Assembly: GCA_963818285.1 (NCBI GenBank)
Contig: CAWFRR010000012.1
Location: forward strand, 153,271-217,270
From: an uncultured Actinomycetota bacterium
Lineage (GTDB): Bacteria > Actinomycetota > Actinomycetes > Mycobacteriales > Mycobacteriaceae
Direction of reading: 5' to 3'
DNA length: 64,000 nucleotides
Shown here: positions 39,676 through 51,203 of the stretch, piece by piece
How positions within the stretch are numbered: position 1 is the first letter of the stretch
How the letters are laid out: each line of letters opens with the position of its first letter
Program-made: the position numbers and the translations under genes
Notes under the pieces: model-generated
Database searches by the model: none
What the model saw: the letters and a program-made list of their open reading frames with translations, nothing else
What the model was told of the DNA's origin: nothing

Positions 39676-39990
39676 AAAGGGCGTAGGCCATGCAGAACAG
39701 GAAGTTCAGCGTGACCAGAACCATGCCGATGAACAGCAATGAGCGCGTGCCGCGGCGCTTCATGCGCCGGATCTTCGCGCTGAACTCTTCGCGTCTGAAC
39801 TGGGTGGCGATCAGCGCGAAGTTGAAGTCGTAGATCTCGGAATGGCCGACCGGCGAACCGGCCAACATCTGCCTGAGCCGGTCGGGTGAAGTGCTCACGC
39901 CGACGCGGGCGAAGCGACGGCTGAGCCGTCGTGCTCGCCGACGGCCTGCGAGATGACCACCGACCCGCAATCGCTGAGGTAAGTGCCCAC
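39644..39990 (-). CDS. Small hypothetical membrane protein (start uncertain)
   Basis: Basic stretch KIRRMKRR followed by TM segment LLFIGMVLVTLNFLFCMAYALF. Confidence 0.45.
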
Positions 39991-40141
39991 GTTCGTCCCC
40001 CCAGGGGGCAGTGGGCCTCATCACACGCCGAAGTGTAGCCAGGCCGCGCCGAATATCGGAAGCTTCGGGCTCAATGGATTGGAGGAATTTCAGACGCGGC
40101 CACACAGCTGCAGAGTCGGCCAAATCATCGGGTGACAGCCG

Positions 40142-41275
40142 CTACGGGCGGATGACCCCGCGTAGTGGCATCAATCCGAGTTCGTTGTGGCTCATGAACC
40201 CCGGCGGTGCATCCACGACGGCGGGGATCGCGTTAGCGGGGCCCATCGCGGTCCAGGTGTAGCCGGGCAACGCGTAGCCGCCGTCGGGATCCTTGGCCCC
40301 TTGCAGGATGAGCTCGGTGGACGAATCACCTTCGATCACGATGCGGTAGTGGTAGTGCTGCGGCCAGTCCTCTTGCGGCTCAATGGCATCGAAGGTGTCC
40401 ATCGTGTAGATCTCGTGGAAGACGATAAGCGGCTTGTCGTCCACCCACGACGTCCATCTTATGGTGCTGCCGCGCGACGGTGCCTTTCTTGATCACGCCT
40501 TTGAACCCCGGCATGTCGCTCGTCTCGCCACCTTCGAACGGGATGTCGCGGGTGGCGACCCCGAGCTCGACCTCGGTGGTGTATCTGTCGACTGTCTTGC
40601 CCATTCCCTCGACGATCATGGCCATCGACTGTGCGAACAACGGCCATGCTTGCCCCAGCAGATTGGGGCCGTCCTCAAACCCGGCCGGATCACTGCCCAT
40701 GCCCATCTCGTACAGGTACTTCAAGGTGTCCCTGCCGAAGTTCACCACCTCGTAGATGTGGATGGTGTCGATCTGGCTGACGATTCGGGCCAGCGTGAGA
40801 ACGAGCAGGTCTCCTGCGAAACCGGGATTGACACCGCCGGCGTGGAACGAGGTGCCGCCCTCGAGGCACGCCGCATGGATCTTGTCGATATCCGCCTGGC
40901 TGTGTTCGGTTCGGTACCACCATGCGCCACCGGACGCGACGACGTTCTTGCCTCCGCGCAGCAGACGGCAGACCTCATCGGGGTCAGACCACAGCGGCGC
41001 ATAGAAGACGCAGTCGGCTTCCAGTGCCTCGATAACGTCCTTGTCGTTGGTGGCGAGCACACCGGTCGGCGCCTTGCCGCAGAGCTCGCCGGCATCTTTG
41101 CCGACCTTCTCAGGACGGTTGCAGAGCACCCCAACCAGTTCGTAGGCAGGGTTATGGGCAAAATGGCGGAGCGCTATCGTTCCGACGTTGCCGACGCCCC
41201 ACTGGATTACGCGATATTTCTTGTCGACCGGCGACGTGGTTGCCGCTTTGCGTGACCTTGCTCGACCGTCGTCAT
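40142..41275 (-). CDS. DapB_N-containing diaminopentanoate/amine-dehydrogenase-like oxidoreductase (frameshifts near 41150 and 40455)
   Basis: RVIQWGVGNVG, KVGKDAGELCG, GVNPGF, TAMGPANAIPAVVDAPPG. Confidence 0.8.
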
Positions 41276-41304
41276 TGCTCCTCCTTCGATTTCATGATCA
41301 CTGC

Positions 41305-42125
<821 letters not shown>

Positions 42126-42129
<4 letters not shown>

Positions 42130-43199
42130 CACATCAGTCCGCGAATGATTTCTGCCGCAGGGATGTCCTCGACGGCGATCAGGCCTGCGGGAGCGCGGCA
42201 GACCCAGTCGATCGCATTGACCACCCGAGCTGCGGTAGAAAGACATCCCGCCTCGGTGACGTCAAGCCCTGGGTGTGACACATGGGTGTTCAGCTCGACG
42301 CGAGGATCCCCGTCGACCACGACTCGATGAACGCCAGGACGGCCGTCGGGCGGATAGAGCCAATCCGGGGCCGAGTCAGCGGTGAGCCGCGTGATGTGTT
42401 CCATGGTGATCACCGGAACTCCGTCACGAACCCCTTCAACCGCGAACTTCACCGCGGCCATTTGTCCCGGCTCCACCGTCGCCATCTTGCATTCGATCCG
42501 TTTGTCGGTGTACCACGGCTCGATGCGTTGTCGAACCTCATCGAGTTGCACGCCCAGCTGCTCGGCGAGGTTGCGAACCGCACCGCCCCACATCGTGGTG
42601 AGGACGCCCGGCAGGAACAGCATCGGCGTATCGTCCTCGGCGCTGACACCGAAACCCATTTGTTTGCCGGTGAATTCGTAGTCGTCGTAGTTGGCATAGT
42701 CGAAGATCTCCTGAACGGTGATCGCCCGGGCGCGGGTGACCAGGCTCAGTGCGGAGTGCACCTCGGTGTCGCCGGAGTAGCCAGGATCGATGCCGTTGAC
42801 ATACAGCGAGGCGTTGCCGGCCTCGCAGGCTTGTTCCAGCGGCACCCGCAGCCAGTCGTCAGCCTGGCGAGGAGTCACCAGCCACACCATCGATGTCGCC
42901 ACGATATTGATGCCCGCGGAAAGGAACTTCGACATCTGCTCGATGACTTCCATTGGCCGTGTCTCACCTTGTGCGGTGTACACCACACAGTCCGGCTTCA
43001 GCGCAATGAGCGCGTCGATGTCATCGGTCGCGATGATGCCGGTCGGCTCGCTCAACCCGCACAATTCGGCGGCGTCACGCCCGATCTTGTCCGGGCTGGC
43101 GGCGTGCACACCGACCAATTCCAGATCGGGGCGCCCGATGATCGCCGGTAGCGAATGGACTCCGACATTGCCGGTCGAAAATTGAACTACTCTGCGCAT
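42126..43199 (-). CDS. DapB_N-containing amine-dehydrogenase-like oxidoreductase
   Basis: RVVQFSTGNVG, KIGRDAAELCG, NGIDPG, TAARVVNAI. Confidence 0.85.
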
Positions 43200-43216
43200 C
43201 CTGCGTTCGTCCTTGA

Positions 43217-44006
43217 TCAGTAGTCGGGAATCGGCAACGGCGAGTTGTTGGAGTCGATGCCGCCGTCCACATGAAAGATCGCGTTGGTCGCGTAGCAGTC
43301 CCGCGTGGACAGATAAACGCACAGCCGCCCGAGGTCGGCGACGTCGCCCAGGCGATGCAGCGGTGTCGACTCCTGCATCTTCTCCTGCGATCCGGGCATC
43401 ATGTCGAGACTGCCCTGCAGACCGTCGGTGGCAAACGAGCCCAGGGCTATCGCATTGACGCGGATCTTCGGCGCAAGCTCCTGCGCCATCGCGCGGGTAA
43501 GCGCCTCAAGGCCGCCCTTCGCGACGCAATATGCCGTCAGCGCGCGGATGCCGAAACGGGCTGAGCCAGAAGAGATGTTGACGATGTTGCCGTGGCCGGC
43601 CTCGATCATGTGCGTGCGCCACGAGCTGGCTCATGATGAACGCCGATGTAACGCACCAGTCGAAGGTGAGACGGAAGTCCTCGTCAGTGATGTCGAGGAA
43701 ACGCGCGTACGTCGAACCGCCGACATTGTTGACCAGGATGTCGATGCGCCCGAAGCTTTCCATGGCCGTAGCGACAACCCGCTCACTATCCGGACGGCTC
43801 ATGGCATCCGCGACGAGCGCCAGTCCCTTACCGCCGGCATCTTCGATACCGGCGATCGTTGCGCGGATATCGGATTCCGTACGCGCGGTACCGACTACGG
43901 TTGCGCCCGCCTCCGCCAGGACCCTCGCAATGCCCTGCCCGACGCCCTTCCCGGCGCCGGTAACGATCGCGACTTGGCCCTCCAGATTGAATTGTTCAAG
44001 CGCCAT
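43217..44006 (-). CDS. SDR, hydroxysteroid-dehydrogenase-like (frameshift near 43615)
   Basis: TGAGKGVG, LVNNVGG, YCVAK, IRVNAI. Confidence 0.85.
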
Positions 44007-44147
44007 CCCAATCCTCTCGCCCGCATCGTGTCGTGCTCATCTAACAAATAAAACTGACTAAAGTCAACGGAATGATCGAGCGCAGATGGCCGCCCGGCGA
44101 GCTATTCTGCAGACGGGGTGGGGTACCCGGATCAGAGGAAACGCACT

Positions 44148-44756
44148 ATGGCAACGGTGGAAAAGCCGTCGGCGCGCGAGACCAAGCGCCTGCAGACCCG
44201 GGAGCGACTACTGGGAGCTGCCATCGCCGAGTTCAAACGGGGCGGCATGGCAGACGCCGACGTCGGCTCGATCGTTACGGCCGCCGGAGTCGCGCACGGC
44301 ACTTTCTTCTTTCATTTCCCGACCAAGGAACACGTGCTGTTGGAACTCGAACGGCGCGAAGAGGAACGCATCGCCAAACAGCTCGACCGCTATGTGGGCG
44401 CCGCACACGATCTGTCCTCCACACTCAAGGAGGCAGTTCGACTCATCCTGGGTCTGGAGCGCCGCCTCGGCGCAAGCCTCTTCAAAGACTTTCTTGCTCT
44501 GCACTTCTCACAGACCCGTCCCGCGGACGAAAGCAAAGAGCATCCGGTCATCGTGCGGGTGGCCCAAGAGATCGAGCGAGCCCAGCGACTGGGTCACGTT
44601 GCACCGGAGGTCGTTCCGGTGCACAGTGCCGTGTTCTTCCTGCTGGGTCTTTACGCGCTGCTGACCACGACACACGATTGGCCTACGCAGAGCGCGATGC
44701 TCGACGACTACGTGGCCAGCACGCTGCGCAGGCTTACGAACGCAGTAACTGATTGA
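44148..44756 (+). CDS. TetR-family regulator (paralog 1)
   Basis: TRERLLGAAIAEFKRGGMADADVGSIVTAAGVAHGTFFFHFPTKEHVLLEL. Confidence 0.92.
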   Translation: MATVEKPSARETKRLQTRERLLGAAIAEFKRGGMADADVGSIVTAAGVAHGTFFFHFPTKEHVLLELERREEERIAKQLDRYVGAAHDLSSTLKEAVRLILGLERRLGASLFKDFLALHFSQTRPADESKEHPVIVRVAQEIERAQRLGHVAPEVVPVHSAVFFLLGLYALLTTTHDWPTQSAMLDDYVASTLRRLTNAVTD

Positions 44757-44809
44757 CGAGAGTCAGTCTCTGCGGGAAGATCGGGCCAGCCGATCGGTAG
44801 GAGGAGTCC

Positions 44810-45505
44810 TTGAGTTCGCCCACGTTGACCACCACAGGCAGCCACCTCGACGAACACTTCGAGCAGTCGCGCCTCGCCCAGCGGCAGGCCGACAAGTGGC
44901 TCATCTCGGGCAGTATCCTCATCGGCACCGCGGCCCTCGGCATCTTCGGCCTCCCACTCTTTCTCCGGGGGGTGTGGTTGCTGCGCAAGGCGCAGCGCGA
45001 CGGCCTGTCGGTCCGGCCGATGCTGGTGACGCTGCTCGGTTACCTGGTCATCATCGACGCCGCCATCAACACGGTGGGGTGGGCGCTCGACCTGGTCGCC
45101 AATCACACCATCCTGGCCCGAATCCTGTTGAACGGCTGGGGCGCCATGTTCGACGCCGGCTACTTCTGGCACTACAACGAGCTGTGGGTCGGCGGTGCGG
45201 CAGGGCCAGGCGAGAAAGCCCTCGAAGTGGGTCTGATCCTCACGGTGTTCACCATGCGGATCGCGGCCGCGATCGGCTTCCTGCAGATGAAGCGGTGGGG
45301 CCACCAATGGATGGTGATCACCTGCTGGATGGGCGTGCTGATCTGGTGCGTCTACGTCTTCAACATGACGATGTTCGCCGACGTGCGCTACGCCGGGGTC
45401 ATCTTCCCCGTCGTCGGCTGGTGGCTCTACGACATCTTCTACATCACCCCGTTCCTGGCGATTCCCTATCTGCACTCCGTCAACCGCGAGATCTTCACCG
45501 ACTGA
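44810..45505 (+). CDS. Polytopic Trp-rich membrane protein of unknown function (paralog A)
   Basis: TTG start with AGGAGG RBS; 5-6 hydrophobic segments; [24 protein letters not shown]. Confidence 0.85.
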   Translation: MSSPTLTTTGSHLDEHFEQSRLAQRQADKWLISGSILIGTAALGIFGLPLFLRGVWLLRKAQRDGLSVRPMLVTLLGYLVIIDAAINTVGWALDLVANHTILARILLNGWGAMFDAGYFWHYNELWVGGAAGPGEKALEVGLILTVFTMRIAAAIGFLQMKRWGHQWMVITCWMGVLIWCVYVFNMTMFADVRYAGVIFPVVGWWLYDIFYITPFLAIPYLHSVNREIFTD

Positions 45506-45569
45506 CTTCGTCCGTTATTGACTTTACTCATTGACTCTGGTCAGTAATCAGCGCTACAAAGACTAGACC

Positions 45570-46172
45570 ATGACGCCACAGGTCAAGGCCACGGCACGCG
45601 AGGTGCGTCGGCGACAAACCCGGGAGCGCATACTCGGCGCGGCGATCGCCGAGTTCAAGCGCTCGGGGATGACAGGCGCCGATGTGAACGCGATCGTCGC
45701 AGCCGCGGGCGTCGCGCACGGAACGTTCTTCTTCCACTTCCCCAGCAAGGAGCATGTACTTCTCGACCTGGAGTTCCGCGAAGAAGCACGCATCGCCGCG
45801 GAATTCGCCAAATATCTCGAGGACGCACACGGACTTGCTGCCGCGTTGACAGAAGTGGTCCATCTTGTGGCCGGCCTGGAGCAGCGGCTCGGTCCGCTGC
45901 TCTTCAAAGAGCTTCTGGCGCTGCATTTCTCGCCGACACGCCCCAATAAGGATGACTGGAGCGATCATCCCGTGATCGTTCTGCTCGTCGATGAGATCGA
46001 GCGGGCGCGAGGCGATGGCGAAGTGCATCCGGAAGTGGACGCCTTCTACAGTGCGACGTTCTTTCTGCTCGGCATCTACGGCGTCCTCACCACAACCGAC
46101 AATGCCGACAAGCGCGACACGATGCTGACGAAGCTGATCGCCACCGCCGTGCGCGGTCTGGAGGTCCGATGA
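45570..46172 (+). CDS. TetR-family regulator (paralog 2)
   Basis: TRERILGAAIAEFKRSGM...AAGVAHGTFFFHFPSKEHVLL; recognition helix identical to paralog 1. Confidence 0.92.
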   Translation: MTPQVKATAREVRRRQTRERILGAAIAEFKRSGMTGADVNAIVAAAGVAHGTFFFHFPSKEHVLLDLEFREEARIAAEFAKYLEDAHGLAAALTEVVHLVAGLEQRLGPLLFKELLALHFSPTRPNKDDWSDHPVIVLLVDEIERARGDGEVHPEVDAFYSATFFLLGIYGVLTTTDNADKRDTMLTKLIATAVRGLEVR

Positions 46173-46213
46173 CGCGATCGCGCCGCCACAACCCATCAAC
46201 AAGGAGGTCTGAA

Positions 46214-46318
46214 GTGGATTGGGTCTGGGAGATCCTGCGCTACGTCGCAGCTTGGGGAGGGACGGGACTGGTCATCTGGTTCTGGTACTGGATGTTCTCG
46301 AATCTCGGCACGTTCTGA
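46214..46318 (+). CDS. 34-aa Trp-rich single-TM microprotein (not in ORF track)
   Basis: AAGGAGGT RBS at 46201-46208; GTG...TGA encodes MDWVWEILRYVAAWGGTGLVIWFWYWMFSNLGTF; ends 6 bp before the VWA gene. Confidence 0.7.
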   Translation: MDWVWEILRYVAAWGGTGLVIWFWYWMFSNLGTF

Positions 46319-46324
46319 GCGTCG

Positions 46325-47857
46325 ATGATCGAGCTTTCCGACGCGCATGCAATGGCGATCGAACGCAGTTGCGCGGTCACGGCTGTCGCCCTGAGCGGGC
46401 GGCGTCGCGAGGGTGTGCGTCTGGTGACCGGTGAGCATCGTGAGTTCAGCCTGAGTTCACACTCGATTTCGTGCACGTCCCGTATCCGTCGATCGGAAGG
46501 GACTGGACTCGCAGGACCCTGACATGCGGTGTGGCACTTCAATGTTCACCGTCAAAGGAGCGACTCGCGACGTTTCGGCTGAACGAGCTGTCGGCGCGCG
46601 AACTGCGTGCGATCACTCTCGTCGAGGCCAGCGTGGCCCTGGGGTGGATCGCCTCGAACTGGCCCGGGCTGCTCGTTGAAGCGCATCGGGTGCTGCCAGA
46701 CCTCCCAGCGTTGCCCGCCGATACGGATGCCGGCGAGATGGTCAACCGCGCGATCTCGATGTCACGCACCGCCGCGCCGCTGAGCGTTCATCCACTCCTG
46801 GGCCGATTGCCCCTGGCCTACACAGCGCCGCAGAGTCTGTCCGACAAGTTGCGTCGCAGCTTCGGCAGAATGCCTTGGACCACAACGCAGAAACGCCTGC
46901 CACGCCCGTACTCCGTTCCGGTCGGCGGCGACGGCGGCGTGCGCAACCCCAACCTGCCGCCGCCCAGCCGGCCTCAGGACAACGACCTCGATATCACTCC
47001 AGAGCACCGGCCGGGCATCCCCTACCCCGAGTGGAATTCCTGGACAAAGAGTTTCATGCGGGACCATGTTGCCGTTCTCGAACGCGCGCATGCCACCCCG
47101 ACGCGTTCACCGGAGCCCGTGTCCGCAGAGCTGCGGAAATGGTTTGAAGAACACACCCACCGGGCGATGAAGAACCGCCTCGAGGACGGCTCGGACCTGG
47201 ACGTCGAGCAGTACGTGCGCCACTACATCGACCTCGCGACCGGCGAAGCGATCGAACCGCGCATCTTTCGCGACTTGTTGCCCACCAGCCGCGACGTCAC
47301 AACGGCGCTATTGCTGGACGGCAGTTCGTCATTGGGTGTGCACGGCGGACGGATCTTCAAGCTGGAGTTGGCCTGCGCCGACGCTCTGTCGAAAGCGATG
47401 ACGCTCGCGCGGGAGCGCCACGGAATCTTCGTGTTCACCGGCAACACGCGACACCGCGTCGAAGTCAGTTGCCTCAAGGACTTCGAGGATCGGCGGTTCG
47501 TGCCGCCGGGCCGACTCGGTCTGGCCACCGGCGGCTACACCAGACTCGGTGCACCGTTGCGCCACTTGACCAGTCGGCTTCTTGCTCAGCCCTCCGAGCG
47601 GCGGCTGCTCATCGTGATCGGTGACGGCCTGATCTCCGACGAGGGCTACGAGGGGCGCTATGCGTGGGCCGATGTCGCGCATGCGGTCGAGGAAGCCAAC
47701 GACGCGGGCGTCTCCATCTACTACCTAGGCGTCGGACCGACCCGCGTCGACCCGCTTCCCGAGGTCTTCGGACCCCGCTCGCTCCCAACGCATTCGGCGG
47801 GTCGAGGAGCTTCCGCGGGTACTGGCCCACGTCCACCGTGAGCTGGTCGCCGCATGA
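46325..47857 (+). CDS. NorD/CbbO-like VWA-domain protein (frameshifts near 46465 and 47780)
   Basis: YPEWN, EDGSDLDVE; MIDAS LLLDGSSS...GYTRLG...VIGDG; C-terminal RIRRVEELPRVL. Confidence 0.85.
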
Positions 47858-47878
47858 CCGCAACACGCTGAGGAGCGC

Positions 47879-48682
47879 ATGACCACCGACACCTATTACT
47901 CGAACGGCAACGAAGTCCAGTTGTTCGAGCAGGCGTATCAGCAGCGGCTGCCGGTGATGCTCACCGGCCCGACCGGCTGCGGCAAGACACGACTGGTCGA
48001 GCACATGGGCCTGCTGCTGAGCCGGCCCGTGGTCACTATCAGCTGCCATGACGATTTGACCAGTTCGGACCTCGTGGGCAGGTTCATGGTGACCGGCGGC
48101 GATGTGGTGTGGACCGACGGCCCACTGACCCGGGCGGTGAAGGCCGGCGCGATCTGCTACCTCGACGAGGTCGTCGAAGCACGCCACGACTCGCTGGCCA
48201 TCCTGCATTCGCTGACCGACCACCGCCGTGCTCTCTACCTCGACCGGGCAGACGAAGTCGTCACAGCGCCCGAAACCTTCATGCTCGTCTGCTCCTACAA
48301 CCCCGCCTACCGCAGTTCACTGAAGGAGCTCAAGCCGTCCTTCCGCCAGCGGTTCGTCACGCTTCCGATGAGGTATCTGCCCGCGGACCGCGAAGCCGAG
48401 GTGATCGTCGCCGAAGCGGGCATCGAACTTTCCGCCGCGAGAAGGCTCGTCGCCTGCGCCACCGCCATCCGGACCGCCGACCACGCCTTCCACTTCGAGC
48501 CGCCATCTACCCGCGTCCTGGTCACCGCCGCACAGCTGATCGCCTCCGGCGCAAGCGAATTAGAGGCGGCCGAAGCGTGCATCCTCGCACCACTGTCGAC
48601 CGACGGTGCCATCAACGACGGCTTACGCGAGGTCGCCGTCGCCAGCCTCGCCACCGCCGACAGCTCGCGCACGCGTCACTAG
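47879..48682 (+). CDS. CbbQ/NirQ/NorQ (MoxR-family) AAA+ ATPase
   Basis: Walker A GPTGCGKT, CHDDLTSSDLVG, DGPLTRA, Walker B CYLDE, SYNP, KELKPSFRQRF, PSTR. Confidence 0.93.
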   Translation: MTTDTYYSNGNEVQLFEQAYQQRLPVMLTGPTGCGKTRLVEHMGLLLSRPVVTISCHDDLTSSDLVGRFMVTGGDVVWTDGPLTRAVKAGAICYLDEVVEARHDSLAILHSLTDHRRALYLDRADEVVTAPETFMLVCSYNPAYRSSLKELKPSFRQRFVTLPMRYLPADREAEVIVAEAGIELSAARRLVACATAIRTADHAFHFEPPSTRVLVTAAQLIASGASELEAAEACILAPLSTDGAINDGLREVAVASLATADSSRTRH

Positions 48683-48707
48683 CAGAACCGGGAAAGGAGT
48701 CACGACC

Positions 48708-48836
48708 ATGGATCAGAAGGAACGACAGCGCAAGAAGGCGCTCATCATCCTGCAGCTCGTCATCTACGGCTACCTGCTGCTGATGTTTGGAATTCAGCTC
48801 TACATGTCCTTCGCGCGCGGCTGGTGGGAATTGTGA
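48708..48836 (+). CDS. 42-aa single-TM microprotein
   Basis: AAGGAG RBS; [42 protein letters not shown]; GTGA coupling to the next gene. Confidence 0.75.
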   Translation: MDQKERQRKKALIILQLVIYGYLLLMFGIQLYMSFARGWWEL

Positions 48837-49534
48837 ACCGCTCCCTTGGTGAGCTCGGGCCCGGCGCGGTCAGCCTCGAGGACCATCACGACGAATCCCG
48901 TCTCGCGCAGCGTCGTGCCGATAAGTGGATGATCGTCGGCGCCGCCCTGATGGGGATGTGGGCGCCGGGCCTGATCGGCTTCCCCATCTTCATGCGCGGA
49001 GTCTGGCTGCAGCGCCAGGCTTTACGGGCGGGCCTGTCGGTACGGCCGATGATCGTGACTCTGATCGGTTACCTGGTGCTGATCGACGGAATGCTCAACA
49101 GCCTCGGGTGGGCGCTGGATCTCGTCGCCAATCACACGTTGATCAACCGGGTGCTGATGGTCGGCTGGGGCAACATGTTCGACGCCGGGTACTTCTGGCA
49201 CTACAACGAACTGTGGGTCGGCGGCGCCGCCGGCCCCGGTGAGAAAGCGTATGTGGCGGGCCTGATCCTGACGGTGTTCGCGATGCGTTGCGCCGCGGCG
49301 ATCGGCTTCCTGCAGATGAAGCGGTGGGGCCACCAATGGATGGTCATCACCTGCTGGATGGGCGTGGTCATCTGGTGCGCCTACGTGTTCAACATGACCA
49401 TGTACGCCGACGTGCGCTATGCGGGCGTGGTCTTCCCCGTCGTCGGCTGGTGGCTCTACGACATCTTCTACATCACGCCATTCCTGGCCATCCCGTATCT
49501 CCACACGGTCAACCGCGAAATCTTCACCGACTGA
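48833..49534 (+). CDS. Polytopic Trp-rich membrane protein of unknown function (paralog B)
   Basis: Full-length paralog of 44810-45505; C-terminal halves almost identical. Confidence 0.85.
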   Translation: MNRSLGELGPGAVSLEDHHDESRLAQRRADKWMIVGAALMGMWAPGLIGFPIFMRGVWLQRQALRAGLSVRPMIVTLIGYLVLIDGMLNSLGWALDLVANHTLINRVLMVGWGNMFDAGYFWHYNELWVGGAAGPGEKAYVAGLILTVFAMRCAAAIGFLQMKRWGHQWMVITCWMGVVIWCAYVFNMTMYADVRYAGVVFPVVGWWLYDIFYITPFLAIPYLHTVNREIFTD

Positions 49535-49554
49535 ACCCTTTTAGGAGCATCGCT

Positions 49555-49986
49555 GTGACTTCACCTTCAGCCGCACCGGCGTCTACCGAAGACAAAGAGC
49601 CAGGTGAGGATCTGCCTCCCGGCACCACGCCGTACTACGCCAGAATGCACAAATACATCAAGCGGGCCGTCATCGTCTGTCTGGTCGCCCTCGTCATCGA
49701 AGGTGCCTTCACGCTGCCCTTCATGGCGGTCTACTACGGCTATCCGACGCTGAGCCTGACCCAGATCTGCAGTGAATTGCTCAAGGTCCGCTACTCCGAC
49801 GACACCCTGGAGTGCAAGGTTCCCTATCCGATGCTCGGGCCACCCGAGGGCGCCGAGGGCAAGGACACCGCCCGGGACCAGTGGGGCATCCAGCCGGTTC
49901 CGAAATACCACCGGCTCAAATTCCGCGAACTGGTGCGCATTCACGACGCGCGGGTGGCCCGCCAGCATGGCGCTGCGGCTCCGTGA
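49555..49986 (+). CDS. Membrane-anchored protein of unknown function (143 aa)
   Basis: AGGAG RBS and GTG start; [27 protein letters not shown]; two further Cys in the C-terminal soluble part. Confidence 0.75.
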   Translation: MTSPSAAPASTEDKEPGEDLPPGTTPYYARMHKYIKRAVIVCLVALVIEGAFTLPFMAVYYGYPTLSLTQICSELLKVRYSDDTLECKVPYPMLGPPEGAEGKDTARDQWGIQPVPKYHRLKFRELVRIHDARVARQHGAAAP

Positions 49987-51203
49987 CCAAGGCACTGGAG
50001 GAGCACGCGGACAACTGGGATCTTCGTCACGCGGATTTCCAGGACAATGACTTCCTGTATGACGTCTATTCGGTCATGCGTCGGAATTCGCCTTTCGCCC
50101 ATACGGATACGCCGTTTCTGAGCGCTACTCCCGGCGGCGCTTGGGTGGCAACGCGATACGCGGAGTGCTATCGGATCCTGCAGGACTGGGAGCACTTCTC
50201 CAGTAACCCAACGCCGGAAGCGTCTGAGCAGCTCGCAGGCGACTTGGTGATCACCCTAGATCCGCCTCGGCAGCAGAAGTTCCGTAAGGTGCTCAACCCC
50301 TACTTCTCGCCGGCGCGGATGAAAGCGCTGCGACCACAGATACGGGATGAGACGGACCAGTTGATCGACGCCTTCGTCGAACTGGGGACTGGTGACCTCG
50401 CTCAGGTCGCCTGGCGACAGCCCGGCATCGTCTTCTTCAAGTATCTCCTCGGATTGCCGATCAACGACGTCCCGCTCTGTATCGAATTGACGGATACCGC
50501 GCTCAACGGTGAAACCGAGGAAGTTCGGATGGGTGCGTGGGGCAGCCTCTATCAGCACCTCCATGACGCGGTGTCTCTGCGGAGCACCCAGCCGCCGCAG
50601 GACGATATGATCGACGTGCTCCTCAACGCCGAGATCGACAGTGAGCGGCTGCCTTTCAGCGACGTTGTTGCCAACGCCATGTTGCTGGTGCAGGCCGGCC
50701 TCGAGACTACCGCCAACGCGATGTCATTCGCATTCCACTATCTGGCAACACATCCCGACGAACGCGACCGGCTGGCCGGCGAACCGGAGATACTGCCACG
50801 AGCCGTCGAGGAGTTCATTCGCTTCGGCGGATCGATTCACGGGATTCCGCGAACTGTCGCCAGGGATGTCGAGCTCGCCGGACACACATTCTGCCCTGGC
50901 GAGTCGGTACTGGTGAACTACGCCTCCGCTAACCGCGATCCAGATGAGTTCCACCAACCCGATCAGTGCATCCTCGACCGTCGCGAGAACCGGCACCTCG
51001 GATTCGGAGCCGGAGTACATCGTTGCCTCGGATCCAACCTCGCCCGCCTGGAGCTCACGGTCGGTCTTGAGCAGGTGCTGTCGAGGATCCCGGATTACAC
51101 GCTTGCGCCCGGCGCCGCGGCCACGTTCAACGGTAACTCCGTCACGAGGGGATTCCGAAAGATTCCCATCGTCTTCAGTCCTGAACAGAGAACAGCCACA
51201 TGA
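49983..51203 (+). CDS. Cytochrome P450
   Basis: [30 protein letters not shown] coupling. Confidence 0.95.
   Translation: MTKALEEHADNWDLRHADFQDNDFLYDVYSVMRRNSPFAHTDTPFLSATPGGAWVATRYAECYRILQDWEHFSSNPTPEASEQLAGDLVITLDPPRQQKFRKVLNPYFSPARMKALRPQIRDETDQLIDAFVELGTGDLAQVAWRQPGIVFFKYLLGLPINDVPLCIELTDTALNGETEEVRMGAWGSLYQHLHDAVSLRSTQPPQDDMIDVLLNAEIDSERLPFSDVVANAMLLVQAGLETTANAMSFAFHYLATHPDERDRLAGEPEILPRAVEEFIRFGGSIHGIPRTVARDVELAGHTFCPGESVLVNYASANRDPDEFHQPDQCILDRRENRHLGFGAGVHRCLGSNLARLELTVGLEQVLSRIPDYTLAPGAAATFNGNSVTRGFRKIPIVFSPEQRTAT

Larger units (their letters stand above)
44055..45543. promoter_or_regulatory. Recurrent TGAC-N4-GTCA operators
   Basis: TGACtaaaGTCA 44055-44066, TGACgagaGTCA 44754-44765, TGACtttaCTCA 45519-45530, TGACtctgGTCA 45532-45543, each just upstream of a gene start. 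Confidence 0.7.

Noticed and set aside
46325-48682. Nitric oxide reductase (nor) or RuBisCO-activase operon
   Set aside because: No heme-copper oxidase subunit, CxxCH cytochrome c or RuBisCO gene is in the window, so norQ/norD symbols are withheld.
44810-49534. Membrane paralogs as PmoC/AmoC or EXPERA (sterol isomerase) proteins
   Set aside because: DAGYFWH spacing does not match the PmoC DxxWH motif, and DVRY lies too near the C-terminus for the EXPERA motif. The resemblance is too weak without a profile search.
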